A DNA stretch of 64,000 nt from Azolla caroliniana. Its lineage: Eukaryota > Plantae > Polypodiophyta. Numbering within the stretch: the stretch's first letter is position 1; each line of letters opens with the position of its first letter. Positions 37,146 to 46,987 of the stretch are shown here, piece by piece. The translations under genes were made by a program, and so were the position numbers. The notes below the pieces were generated by a model. It was not told the DNA's origin and ran no database searches. It saw only the letters and a program-made list of their open reading frames with translations. The DNA lies in NCBI GenBank assembly GCA_043228905.1, contig JBHGNT010000008.1, positions 6,696,001 through 6,760,000 of the forward strand, in the 5' to 3' direction.

Positions 37146-40100
37146 TGTTGAAGACAAGGCCGTCAATGCGGAAGATCAAGTAGCATTCGATTGGGGTTGA
37201 GTACCTGCGTATGACAGTTTCCAAGATCGTGCACAGAAGATAGAGAGAGAGAGAGAGAGAGGAGGCACAAAAGACTCTTTCTATTCAATAGAAACAATAA
37301 TACAACCAACCTTACAAAAAGGTTACTAGGTCACTTTATATAGTGACAAACTTAGGGCAACTACCATTTATGCTAATTACACAAATGGCCCAAACTTGAG
37401 CTATACAAAGGGATAGTGTGAATACGTCCATTATACACTTGTATTCGACACTCCCCCGTAATGGGCGTATACATGGGTTATCTAAGATTACAGGTATAAA
37501 CCTAGGTTCTCGGACATATCAGTTTTGTTCGAGTCGGCAGGGTCCGAAGGCAGAAGGCCGGACTGGTCGGGTCGGAAGAGTTGAAGCCGATCATTAAGGA
37601 ACTGATGTCGGTTGTCTGAAACCATCCTGCGTTGTGTCCGGCTCTAACCGGACTGGTTTGTCGTTATGCCCATCTGATGCCGAAGGGACCGAAAGCGGTC
37701 TGCCGAAAGACACTTGGTCATTCCATCTGCGACATTGTCGGTTGTGGATATTTTCTCTAGACCGATTTTCCCTGAAATGACGCAGTCCCGAACGAAGTGA
37801 TATCGAACGTCGATATGTTTGGAGGCGTTGTGGTGAACCGGATTTTTCGACAAGGCAACAGCACCTTGACTGTCGCTATAGACAACTGGGGCCGAGTCAT
37901 GGTCGACTTGTCGAAACGTGTGCGCCAGCCGGCTGAGCCACAAAGCTTCTTTTGCAGCGTCGGACGCAGCTACATATTCTGCTTCGGTCGTTGAGGTCGT
38001 TGTGCACTCCTGAAGTTTCGACTTCCACGAAATTGCTCCATTGCCGAATTTGAAGCAGTATCCAGTTGTTGATTTCCGACTGTCTATACAGCCGGCGAAG
38101 TCCGAGTCGGTGTAACCGACTACGCCTGAGGTTGAGTTCGGACCGAAAAGAATGCCGTGGTCTTTTGTGCCAGCCAGATATTTGAACACATGCTTGACTG
38201 CGTTCCAATGCGATTGGCCAGGATTGTGCATAAATCTGCTAACGACTCCTACGGCATGAGAAATATCAGGCCGTGTCGCGACCATCAGGTACATAAGGGA
38301 GCCGACTGCCGGTGCATACGGTACCGACTTCATATCTTCCCCCTCCGGACCGGATGTCGGGCAGTCTCGCTGAGAGAGCCGAAGATTCATGGGGAGCGGG
38401 GTTGAAGTAGATTTGGCTGATTGCATGTTGAAGCGTTCCAAGACACGTCCGATATAGTCGGTCTGAGACAAAAAAAGATGTCGTTTATCGCGATGCCGAC
38501 TAATCTTCATGCCAAGTATGTGTCGTGCCGGACCGAGGTCCTTCATGGCAAACTTCAACCGCAATTGCCGAATGAGATCGGCAAGTTCGCCCGCGTGGCG
38601 TCCAGAAATTAGCATGTCGTCCACGTAAATGATGAGGAAGATGGGTGATCCATCTTGAGCTGTGTTGGTAAAAAGACAATGGTCCTCATCGCTTTTTGAG
38701 AAGCCGATCGATTGGATGAAGTCGTCGAACTTCTTGTACCATTGTCGCGGTGCCTGTTTGAGGCCGTATAGACTCTTCCTGAGTCGGCAGACTAGATGTT
38801 CTTGGCCAGTTGCCACGAAGCCTTTTGGCTGCTCCATATAAATTTCCTCATCAAGATCACCATGGAGGAAGGCTGTTTTGACATCTAGCTGAATCAGCTC
38901 CAAGTTGTCGGCTGCCACTACGCCGAGTAGAAAACGAAGGGTTGTCATTTTCACCACTGGTGAAAAAATCTCGTCGAAGTCGACGCCATATTCTTGTCGG
39001 AAGCCCTTCGCAACTAATCTGGCCTTGTACTTTGGGGTGGTCGAATCAGACGTCTCTTTTAGTCGATAAACCCACTTGCAAGGAAGAGCACGTCGATTCT
39101 TAGGTAATTCGACCAGATCCCAAGTCTTGTTTGCCCGAATGGAGTGCATTTCCGACTCCATCGCCAGATGCCAGGTGGCTGAATCGACAGATGTCGATGC
39201 TTCTTCGTAAGACGTCGGTTCGCCGGCGTCGGTGAAGAAAATTCCAGGAGAATACCTCTCCAGAGGTTGCGACAGTCTCTCGGATCGTTGAGGTATGATT
39301 GGACTGGTCGTATCGGGTATCGAGGTCAGATGGTCCGAAAGCGAATTATTCTGCTGTGCCGAGTCAGAGTTGTCCGAGTCGGTAGTGTAAGGTTCAGCTA
39401 CCCGTGAAGCTGACCGTGTGTTAAGAGCGGGGCCTTCTTGAAGGGTCGGCACATCGGAAAATGTTACCCTTCGGACTTCGATCGGTGTTTCGACTGATGG
39501 ATTCATAGCCGACTCGTTGAACACAACGTCCGAACTTCGAACGATTTGTCTGCGTTCGGGGTCCCAGAGTCGGTATCCCATTTCGCCGTCTGATCCATAT
39601 CCAAGGAAAATGCATTTCCTGGACCGAGGTGCAAGTTTTCGGCGATCATCTTTCGGAATAAGGGCGTACGCCTCGCATCCGAAGATCCTCAGCTTGTCGT
39701 AATTCGGCTTACTGCCGATCCATAGTTCCTGAGGAATTTGAAGTCCTAGAGGTCTGCTTGGCGACATATTGATTATGTGTACTGCCGTGAGTAGAGCCTC
39801 TGCCCAGAAGCCATCCGACAGTCCGGAGTGTTGGAGCATGGAAACTATCCGTTCTTGGATTGTCCGATTCATGCGTTCTGCAATCCCGTTTTGCTCCGGA
39901 CTGTGTGGTGCCGTAAATTCACGTCGGATGCCGCGTTGTCGGCAGAATTTGACGAATTCTTCTGATTTGAAATCTCCCCCATTGTCGGTCCGAAAGCATT
40001 TCAGTTTTCGGTCAGTTTGATTTTCTACCATAGCGAGCCAATCGGAGAAGATCGAGAAGACACGATCTTTGGTGCGAATTGGATAAGCCCACACCTTTCG

Positions 40101-42555
40101 AGTCGAATCGTCAATAAAACTGACGAAGTAAGAGGCACCGCCGAGAGACTGATGCGGCATTGGGCCATAGACGTCCGAGTGGACTAAATCGAGAGGTCTC
40201 GTTTCTCTTGGTGCTGATGTCGGGTGTGATGCGGCTGCTTGTTTGCCATACTGGCAATGTTCGCAGAATTGATGGTCCGAGAAGGAGAGTTTAGGGATGT
40301 ATCCGGCTCTAGATAGGTGCGTAATGCCGGCCTTGCTGAGGTGTCCTAATCTTCTGTGCCATAGTGATGACACAGGAATATCCACCAAAAACAGGTTACC
40401 CTCTCTGAGCGTAACATGTAACGGATACAGTGAGTGTATCTTGGGTCCTCTAGCAAGCAGGAGGTTCCCCCTGTGGAGTGTCCACCCTCCCGAAGAAAAA
40501 CCGGCACGAATGCCGTCTTCATCTAGTTGTCCGACTGAGATCAATGGCCTTGAGAGCTCGGGTACATGTCGGACATTGTGAAGTACAAGTGTAGAGCCAC
40601 CTGCAAGGTTGAGCTCTACTGTGCCGATTCCAATGATGTCACAGTGTTGCGAGTTGCCGACTCGAACTGAGTCGGAGTGACGGATCGTATATTGCCAAAA
40701 TTGGGATCGATGAGGAGTCACGTGAAATGACGCGCCCGAATCTAAGAGCCATGTGCTCGATTCTTCAGTCGTGAGCAGAACTTCTGATCCGACTGGATTT
40801 TCGATTGATAGTATATTCGGGTCGTTTGGTAGCACATCAGCTGAGCAGCTGACGTAATTGATCTCCTCATGCCGGCCACTCTTCTTGTCTGATTTCTGAG
40901 ACTTGTCGTTCTTGTTCTTGAGTGCGCGGCAGTCGGCTTTGATGTGTCCGGGTTTCTTGCAATAGTTGCAGATTCGATTATCCCGTGACTGGCTCCGTCT
41001 TCGCTGATTGTTCGGCTGCCGTGAGGAATCTCTTCCTCGTATGTTCGATCGGTCTGTCGAACCTTGTACTACATAAGCGTCGTCTGTTGAGTCTTTGGCG
41101 AAAGACTTTCTCCGAGCTGCTTCGGTCAGGATTGCGCTCGTGACTTCGGAGTATTTAACAGCCGTGGTTGACGCGTTGCACACGGTTGTGACGAAAGTTT
41201 CCCATGATGAGGGAAGGCTGCTCATCAGTATCATTGCTCTGAGTTCATCCTCGATTGCCGTCCCCTGAGATGAGATTTGGGAGCTTATGCTTTCGTACTC
41301 ATTGAGATGTGCTTGAACCGAATCTGATTCTTTCATCCGCAAGTTGTAGAGGCGCCGGATCAGAAACATCTTCGTTGCAGCGACCTTCTTTTCGTAGGTG
41401 TCCGACAGTGTTTTCCACAGTTCGAATGCTGTCGTACACGATTGCACCGTAAAGTATACCGATTCTGATAGGTGCATCCGAATCGTGGCGCGGACGATTC
41501 TGTCCAGCTTCTGCCACTCAATTGGTTTGTATCCTTCTGGAGGTGCTTCATTTTCGATGGGATCGATTTGCCCCTTGACTATGAGATAGTCCTGCATTTG
41601 CTCCTTCCAGAAGTTGAAGTTCGATCCATCGAACTTTCGTAGACTCATTTCTGACGAGCCGGATGTTGATGTCATGACTCTGCCCTAAGTCGGCTACGAA
41701 CTTTGGTGAAGTGCAGCGGTTTGGCCCACTCAGTGTCGTTCTAGCCGAAGTTGGACACAAGTGATGTTGATTACGGAGAATCGGGGATTTGGTTCGGATT
41801 GACTACCGACAACTGTCTTAGTCGAGTTGAACCTAGATTTAACGATCCGACAGTACTTCAAGCCGATTCGGTTTCGGTTGACTGCAACGGTGAGAGCAAT
41901 GGAACCGACTGGTCCTTCCGATTATTGTCCAATCGAATGAAACACGAACTGGGGTTGTCCTTGAAGTCGTTGTTGTGCAGGAAGCCCACCTCAATCAGTT
42001 ACGATCAAGGAAGTAGAGTACAGTCGACTGGCTTACTCCGAGTGATGATCTAACGCAGCGAGATTCAAGCTTGTGTTTGCCTACTTTCTTCTCTGTTTCT
42101 TCGAATGACGCAAGAAACCGAATGCTTTGCAGACTAGGATGAAGCGAAAGGCCGAATACTGTGCAGGCTGTGATGAAGCGAAGAACTGAATGCTGTGCAG
42201 GCTGAGACGACGGCCGACAGCGGGTTGAGGGACCTTGCTCTGATACCAAATGTTGAAGACAAGGCCGTCAATGCGGAAGATCAAGTAGCATTCGATTGGG
42301 GTTGAGTACCTACGTATGACAGTTTCCAAGATCGTGCACAGAAGATAGAGAGAGAGAGAGAGAGAGGAGGCACAAAAGACTCTTTCTATTCAATAGAAAC
42401 AATAATACAACCAACCTTACAAAAAGGTTACTAGGTCACTTTATATAGTGACAAACTTAGGGCAACTACCATTTATGCTAATTACACAAATGGCCCAAAC
42501 TTGAGCTATACAAAGGGATAGTGTGAATACGTCCATTATACACTTGTATTCGACA
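37146..42555 (-). mobile_element. Intact, very young Ty1/Copia retrotransposon
   Basis: 305-bp LTRs at 37146-37450 and 42251-42555 with one visible mismatch; TSD TTGTG on both sides; iMet PBS at ~42237-42248; PPT adjoining 37451. Confidence 0.97.
37644..41675 (-). CDS. Copia Gag-Pol polyprotein (1343 aa, uninterrupted)
   Basis: gag, CNYCKKPGHIKADC, protease LDSGASFH, LWHRRLGH, integrase D-D-E (VHSD, TDNGG, AERMN), RT YVDDM, RNase H (TDSDFAG, EAEY, DSQ, ADGMTK). Confidence 0.96.
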   Translation of the reverse strand: MTSTSGSSEMSLRKFDGSNFNFWKEQMQDYLIVKGQIDPIENEAPPEGYKPIEWQKLDRIVRATIRMHLSESVYFTVQSCTTAFELWKTLSDTYEKKVAATKMFLIRRLYNLRMKESDSVQAHLNEYESISSQISSQGTAIEDELRAMILMSSLPSSWETFVTTVCNASTTAVKYSEVTSAILTEAARRKSFAKDSTDDAYVVQGSTDRSNIRGRDSSRQPNNQRRRSQSRDNRICNYCKKPGHIKADCRALKNKNDKSQKSDKKSGRHEEINYVSCSADVLPNDPNILSIENPVGSEVLLTTEESSTWLLDSGASFHVTPHRSQFWQYTIRHSDSVRVGNSQHCDIIGIGTVELNLAGGSTLVLHNVRHVPELSRPLISVGQLDEDGIRAGFSSGGWTLHRGNLLLARGPKIHSLYPLHVTLREGNLFLVDIPVSSLWHRRLGHLSKAGITHLSRAGYIPKLSFSDHQFCEHCQYGKQAAASHPTSAPRETRPLDLVHSDVYGPMPHQSLGGASYFVSFIDDSTRKVWAYPIRTKDRVFSIFSDWLAMVENQTDRKLKCFRTDNGGDFKSEEFVKFCRQRGIRREFTAPHSPEQNGIAERMNRTIQERIVSMLQHSGLSDGFWAEALLTAVHIINMSPSRPLGLQIPQELWIGSKPNYDKLRIFGCEAYALIPKDDRRKLAPRSRKCIFLGYGSDGEMGYRLWDPERRQIVRSSDVVFNESAMNPSVETPIEVRRVTFSDVPTLQEGPALNTRSASRVAEPYTTDSDNSDSAQQNNSLSDHLTSIPDTTSPIIPQRSERLSQPLERYSPGIFFTDAGEPTSYEEASTSVDSATWHLAMESEMHSIRANKTWDLVELPKNRRALPCKWVYRLKETSDSTTPKYKARLVAKGFRQEYGVDFDEIFSPVVKMTTLRFLLGVVAADNLELIQLDVKTAFLHGDLDEEIYMEQPKGFVATGQEHLVCRLRKSLYGLKQAPRQWYKKFDDFIQSIGFSKSDEDHCLFTNTAQDGSPIFLIIYVDDMLISGRHAGELADLIRQLRLKFAMKDLGPARHILGMKISRHRDKRHLFLSQTDYIGRVLERFNMQSAKSTSTPLPMNLRLSQRDCPTSGPEGEDMKSVPYAPAVGSLMYLMVATRPDISHAVGVVSRFMHNPGQSHWNAVKHVFKYLAGTKDHGILFGPNSTSGVVGYTDSDFAGCIDSRKSTTGYCFKFGNGAISWKSKLQECTTTSTTEAEYVAASDAAKEALWLSRLAHTFRQVDHDSAPVVYSDSQGAVALSKNPVHHNASKHIDVRYHFVRDCVISGKIGLEKISTTDNVADGMTKCLSADRFRSLRHQMGITTNQSG

Positions 42556-43391
42556 TTGTGGTCATCTTTCGTAACCAAATCCTTCGGATCGGTTCCGGAC
42601 TCCCGGTCCTTCCGGCGAGCTTCTTCATCTAGCAAGCTTGACTTTACCCTTGCTAGGGACAACTATTTTCCTTCCGGCCTGGCATTGCCGAACGTTACAA
42701 CTAACGTCTCCCAGCTATACGGGAGGGAATTGAGTAGGAGTAATGCGAGTACGTCATCGGTGAGAGCTACTTCCAACGAGGTTGCTTGGTGTATTAGCCC
42801 CTAGAAGGCATTCATGTGCTCCGCCATACTGGAGCCGTCCTAGTACCGAAGCCTCAATAGCTTCCAGAATACCAAAACCCGATTAACGACATTCTTGTTC
42901 TGGAATATGATGCCGATCTTCTCGTAGAGTTCATGAGCCTTACTTTCTTAATTGATGTTGTTGTACAGGCTCATGTCGATGAAGCACCGGATGTATGTCC
43001 TCGTCTTCATGTGCATCACCTCCCACATTGTGGCGTCGATCTTATCCGGTCTCTGGTCCCTGAACTGAACTGACAACCAAAGATCTTTAACCACCAGCAT
43101 ATCCCTCATCTTCGACTTCCACATTGAGTATTGGAGCCGGTGAGCTTGAACATGCTGCCGAACGATTCTTCCATTTCCTGTGTTGTTTGCACTGATACCA
43201 GTTTGAAGAGAATAGCGTGGAATATAGCTCGGCCACAACCGAGTCTTGAATCAGTTCAATGAGAATGAAAACACAAAAATGGCAATAGCGATAAATACTC
43301 GAACACACATAAACAATAGAGAGTACACAGAATGTTTACGTGGAAAACCCTAATAGGGAAAAACCACGAGACCCCACAGGCTCCGAACTAC

Positions 43392-43830
43392 ATACACATC
43401 CTGTAATTGGCATAGGGTGTATATGCTATTCTTCTCTATGGGGCTCTCCCATCCTGTAGCTTTCCGGATGCCTTCTACAATGCTTCGGATTATATTAGAG
43501 TCGGTTTTCTCGGAGATTTCTAGCATTTTTGGCCAAAAAGATGCCTTCACTTTAGATATCTCACCCATACGTATTCTTGAGGTTGTCGCATAATTGATTT
43601 TTACCTCCATTTCATCCTCTAGGACCTTCTTCATGCCGCTTGTAATCCTTCTGATATTCCGCAACACAACATCTCTACCTTGAAGTCTCGAAGATAATGT
43701 GAGACATCCTTCCCATCGAATTGACCATTCCGTTGCCAGAGTTGTTCTACGATCGTTGCGACATCCGACATCGCCCGTTGTTCCTGCAATATCCGCTTGG
43801 CCTCTTGTTGATTCTTCATCTCCATGACAC
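43392..43830 (-). pseudogene. Gypsy gag fragments of the host element
   Basis: GQFDGKDVSHYLRDFKVEM is homologous to the gag remnants at 443 and 50986; internal deletion. Confidence 0.65.
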
Positions 43831-43835
43831 CCGCT

Positions 43836-43853
43836 TTCACGTCGGGTTCACCA
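43836..43853 (-). promoter_or_regulatory. Primer binding site, tRNA-Trp
   Basis: + strand TTCACGTCGGGTTCACCA = minus-strand TGGTGAACCCGACGTGAA, next to an LTR end ...CACGACA at 43859. Confidence 0.8.
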
Positions 43854-44349
43854 ACTTGTGTCGTGCCTTTCGACACCAGATCGTTGCGTGAGTTGGGTGA
43901 GAACCACTAAGGTTTTAGACTAGGAGGAAGAAGAATTTGAGGCAAATCTAGTTCTGAGTAGATTATAAGAAAGAGATATGGAACCTTGTGAATCCCATGA
44001 GTGTATTGTATTAGATTTTTTTAAATATTTAGATAAGAATATGAATTTGGATTGAAAGAGACAGATATAGAAACCTTGTGAATCCCATGAGTATAGTTTA
44101 TTTCGTGAATCCCACAAATATAATTTATTAATTAGTGTTTTTAGAAATATATCCAATTTCCAAAGTTTTCACACTCCTATTACATTGTGCTCCCCATCCT
44201 TATATAGTGATGAGAGAGTCTTAGCAATCCATGTTTTTTCTCTAATTATGAACTCCATGCTTTCTCTATCTATAGACTATATGCTTTCTCTAACATGCTT
44301 TTCTAACCTCATGCGTTTTTTATCGACTATAGTGTTTATGCACACTAGA

Positions 44350-44720
44350 AATCTGCTCATTTTGATTCAGAGTATGAGCGCTTTTTATTTGGATATCTAG
44401 TGCTTTTGTTTCATAGTGTGAGTGTTTTTGTTTAAGATATCTGTAGTTTTTAATTCATAGTGTATAAATTTGTTTTTGATTTAGAAATCCGCAGGTTTTG
44501 ATTCATTGTGTGAGTGTTTTTAATTGAGAAATCTGCTTATTTTGATTCAAACTGTGAGTGTTTTTTATTCATAGTGTGAGTGTTTTTGTTTCAGATATCT
44601 ATAGTTTTCTATTCATACTGTATAAGTTTGTTTTTGATTCAGGAATATGCAAGTTTTGATTCATAGTGTGAGCTTTTTTAATTCAAAAATCTGCTCATTT
44701 TGATTCATAGTGTGAGTGGT
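44350..44720 (+). repeat. Degenerate AT-rich tandem repeat
   Basis: Recurring TTTTGATTCATAGTGTGAGTGTTTTT-like units about every 40 bp. Confidence 0.7.
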
Positions 44721-45258
44721 TTCACCCAGATTTAAGACATAATGCAATGACGATAACGATTCTCAACAAAACTACATAATATACAAATGAAATTTTGATC
44801 CCAACATATATCTTCATATCATTTCAAAATTGTTGAAATTGCTCCCAATAGAAAAAGGTCATGTATTGAACAATAATTGCTCAAATAGCAACTGCCAGAT
44901 TATCAACATTTGAAATCTACTTAATTTGTCACAACACAAACACGACAACAATTATGTCAAGATTGGAACTCTTGACCTCTTGACCTCTTGTATTATAGTC
45001 AAGTGTAATATTGTAATCAACACATCCAAGTACATAATTGTGTGATGTATATCTTCATAGATTATCTACTCATGTTCTAGGAGTTTTTAGAAAGTTCTAG
45101 AACTAGGAGGGTCTAGAGGGTTTTGGAATTTTCTCAAGAATATTCTAATGCATGTACTTCAACTCACAATATAAATACTTGTAACCTCCTTGGTTCCTTT
45201 CAGGGGATTCAACACTAGTTACAGAATCATAATTTAGTTCTTGTTCTCTTGACTACTT

Positions 45259-45290
<32 letters not shown>

Positions 45291-45699
45291 ATTATCTTGT
45301 CTATGATGTCTCTCTCACTGTCTTAGTATTGAGCCTCGTCTACTTGTCCGTGACAGTTTGAATCCCTTCCAACGAGAAGCATTGCCCATCTTCGTCATCA
45401 CCCTTGCTTCTATAGTTACCATCGTTGTCGTCCTTGCTTCCAGAGTTACCGTCATCAACATCCCTTCGTTTCCTATCTTCCTCGCCATCTCTATCTCCTA
45501 GTTCCTTCTCATCGTTGTCTCTGTCTTTTAGTTTCTCCTCATCATCATCTCTATTTTTTAGTTTCTTCTCATCCTTCACATATCTATCTCATCATCATCC
45601 TCTCAACATCATTGTCTTCATTGCTTCGTCTTCGACATCATCATCTTCAACACCTCTTGGTGTCGTCATCAAGACTGCTTTGCCTAGCCTTCATCGATG

Positions 45700-46310
45700 T
45701 CAAGTGTTCGATTCCCGATGAGGACCACACATGGTTGCTCATGCCCATTGAATGAGGACCGTAGAGGGTCACTCACGCCTATTGGTGTTCGTGTCCTTGT
45801 GAGGACCGCACATGGTCGCTCACGTCCGTTGGTGTTCGTGTCTTCGACGAGGACCGTACAGGGTCACTCACGCTCGTTGGTGTTCTAGTTCTCGGTGAGA
45901 ACCACACATGGTCACTCACGCCCGTTGGTGTTCGCGTCTCCGGTGAGGACTGTACATGGTCTCTCATGCTTGTTGGTGTTCCAGTTCCTGGTGAGGACCG
46001 CACATGGTCGCTCATGCTCGTTGGTGTTCCAGTTCCCGGCGAGGACCACATATGGTCGCTCATTTCTGTTGGTGTTCGTGTCTCCGGTGAGGCCCGTACA
46101 TGGTCGCTCATGCCCGTTGGTGTTCTAGTTCCCGGTGAGAACCGCACATGGTCGCTCACGTCCGTTGGTGTTCATGTCTCCGGTGAGGATTGCACATGTT
46201 TGCTCACGTCCATTGGTGTTCCAGTTCTTGGTGAGGACCGCACACGGTCGCTCACGTCCGTTGGTGTTCCTGTCTTCGCTGAGGAGCACACATGGTCTCT
46301 CACTCATGTT
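45700..46310 (+). repeat. ~60-bp tandem repeat (about 9 copies)
   Basis: GTGAGGACCGCACATGGTCGCTCACGTCCGTTGGTGTTC... is repeated; the antisense ORF 45779-46159 shows the 20-aa periodicity. Confidence 0.88.
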
Positions 46311-46539
46311 CGTGTTCCACCTGTCTTCGTCATCACCTTTGCTTCTAGAGTTACCATCATCACTGTCCTTGCTTCCGAAGTTACCATCATCAACATCCTT
46401 GTTTTCGACATCATCATTTTCAGCACCTCTTCACCCAACCATCGTTGTTATCAACACTACTTGTCAACATTTTGCATCATGGTTTTGGTGAGGAGTGCTT
46501 TCGATCGCTCACTTTCCCAGTTCCGGTCGGGGTCACAAC

Positions 46540-46987
46540 CGCTCACTTGCTCGCAGGTGGCAGTTACAACAGAGGCAACGACCTCTTCCTCTCTCTCATT
46601 GTCTTTGTACACAGTTGCACGCTCTGATCTATTCAAACAAGAATAACAACAACCTACACATATGTTTTCCCTAAGTCATATTTATACTAATATGACTTTT
46701 CGGCTATTTACAAATATAGCCTCGATGGACTCTCAAAAACATATTTACAAATTTGTCCCTTCATCCGGTGAGCACTTCTCACCGGGCCTGCATCATCCGA
46801 CGCTTGCTGGGTACTCGTCATCCGGTTCTCACCGGGTCATCCGTAGCCGGGTACTCCTCATCCGGTTCTCATCGGGTCTTCATCATCCGGTTCTCACCGG
46901 GTCTTCCGTAGCCGGGTACACTACATCCGGTTTGCTCATCAGTACTGTTCTTCTCACTTCCCATCCGGAGGGACCTGTTTCCTAACA
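46540..46987 (-). repeat. Truncated Copia LTR (same family as 9700-10571)
   Basis: Reverse complement of TGTTAGGAAACAGGTCCCTCCGGATGGGAAG... and of the ...GAGTCCATCGAGGCTATATTTGTAAATAGCCG block. Confidence 0.85.

Larger units (their letters stand above)
33133..43391 (-). mobile_element. Ty1/Copia element (degenerate; 5' LTR truncated), split by a nested Copia
   Basis: 3' LTR 33133-33694; matching partial LTR 43204-43391; PBS at ~43192-43200. pol fragments span 33705-37140 and gag 42561-43175, with many stops and frameshifts. Confidence 0.88.
15576..43860 (-). mobile_element. Fragmented tRNA-Trp-primed Gypsy retrotransposon hosting nested insertions
   Basis: Collinear on the minus strand: PBS-Trp (43836-43853), gag (43876-43392), RT (33130-32395, FLDDIPIKG), RT/RNase H (23228-22174, VTVDTS), integrase (16755-15603; AREDLT, ADRGEL, NGKIERGH), then PPT and LTR start TGTCG at 15576. 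The RT frame is restored across the DNA transposon. Paired LTRs were not demonstrated. Confidence 0.7.

Noticed and set aside
43836-43853. tRNA-Trp gene
   Set aside because: Only the 18-nt 3' end including CCA is present, adjacent to an LTR end, so it is a PBS.
45779-46646. Repeat-protein ORFs
   Set aside because: By-products of the 60-bp tandem array, open on both strands, with no coding evidence.
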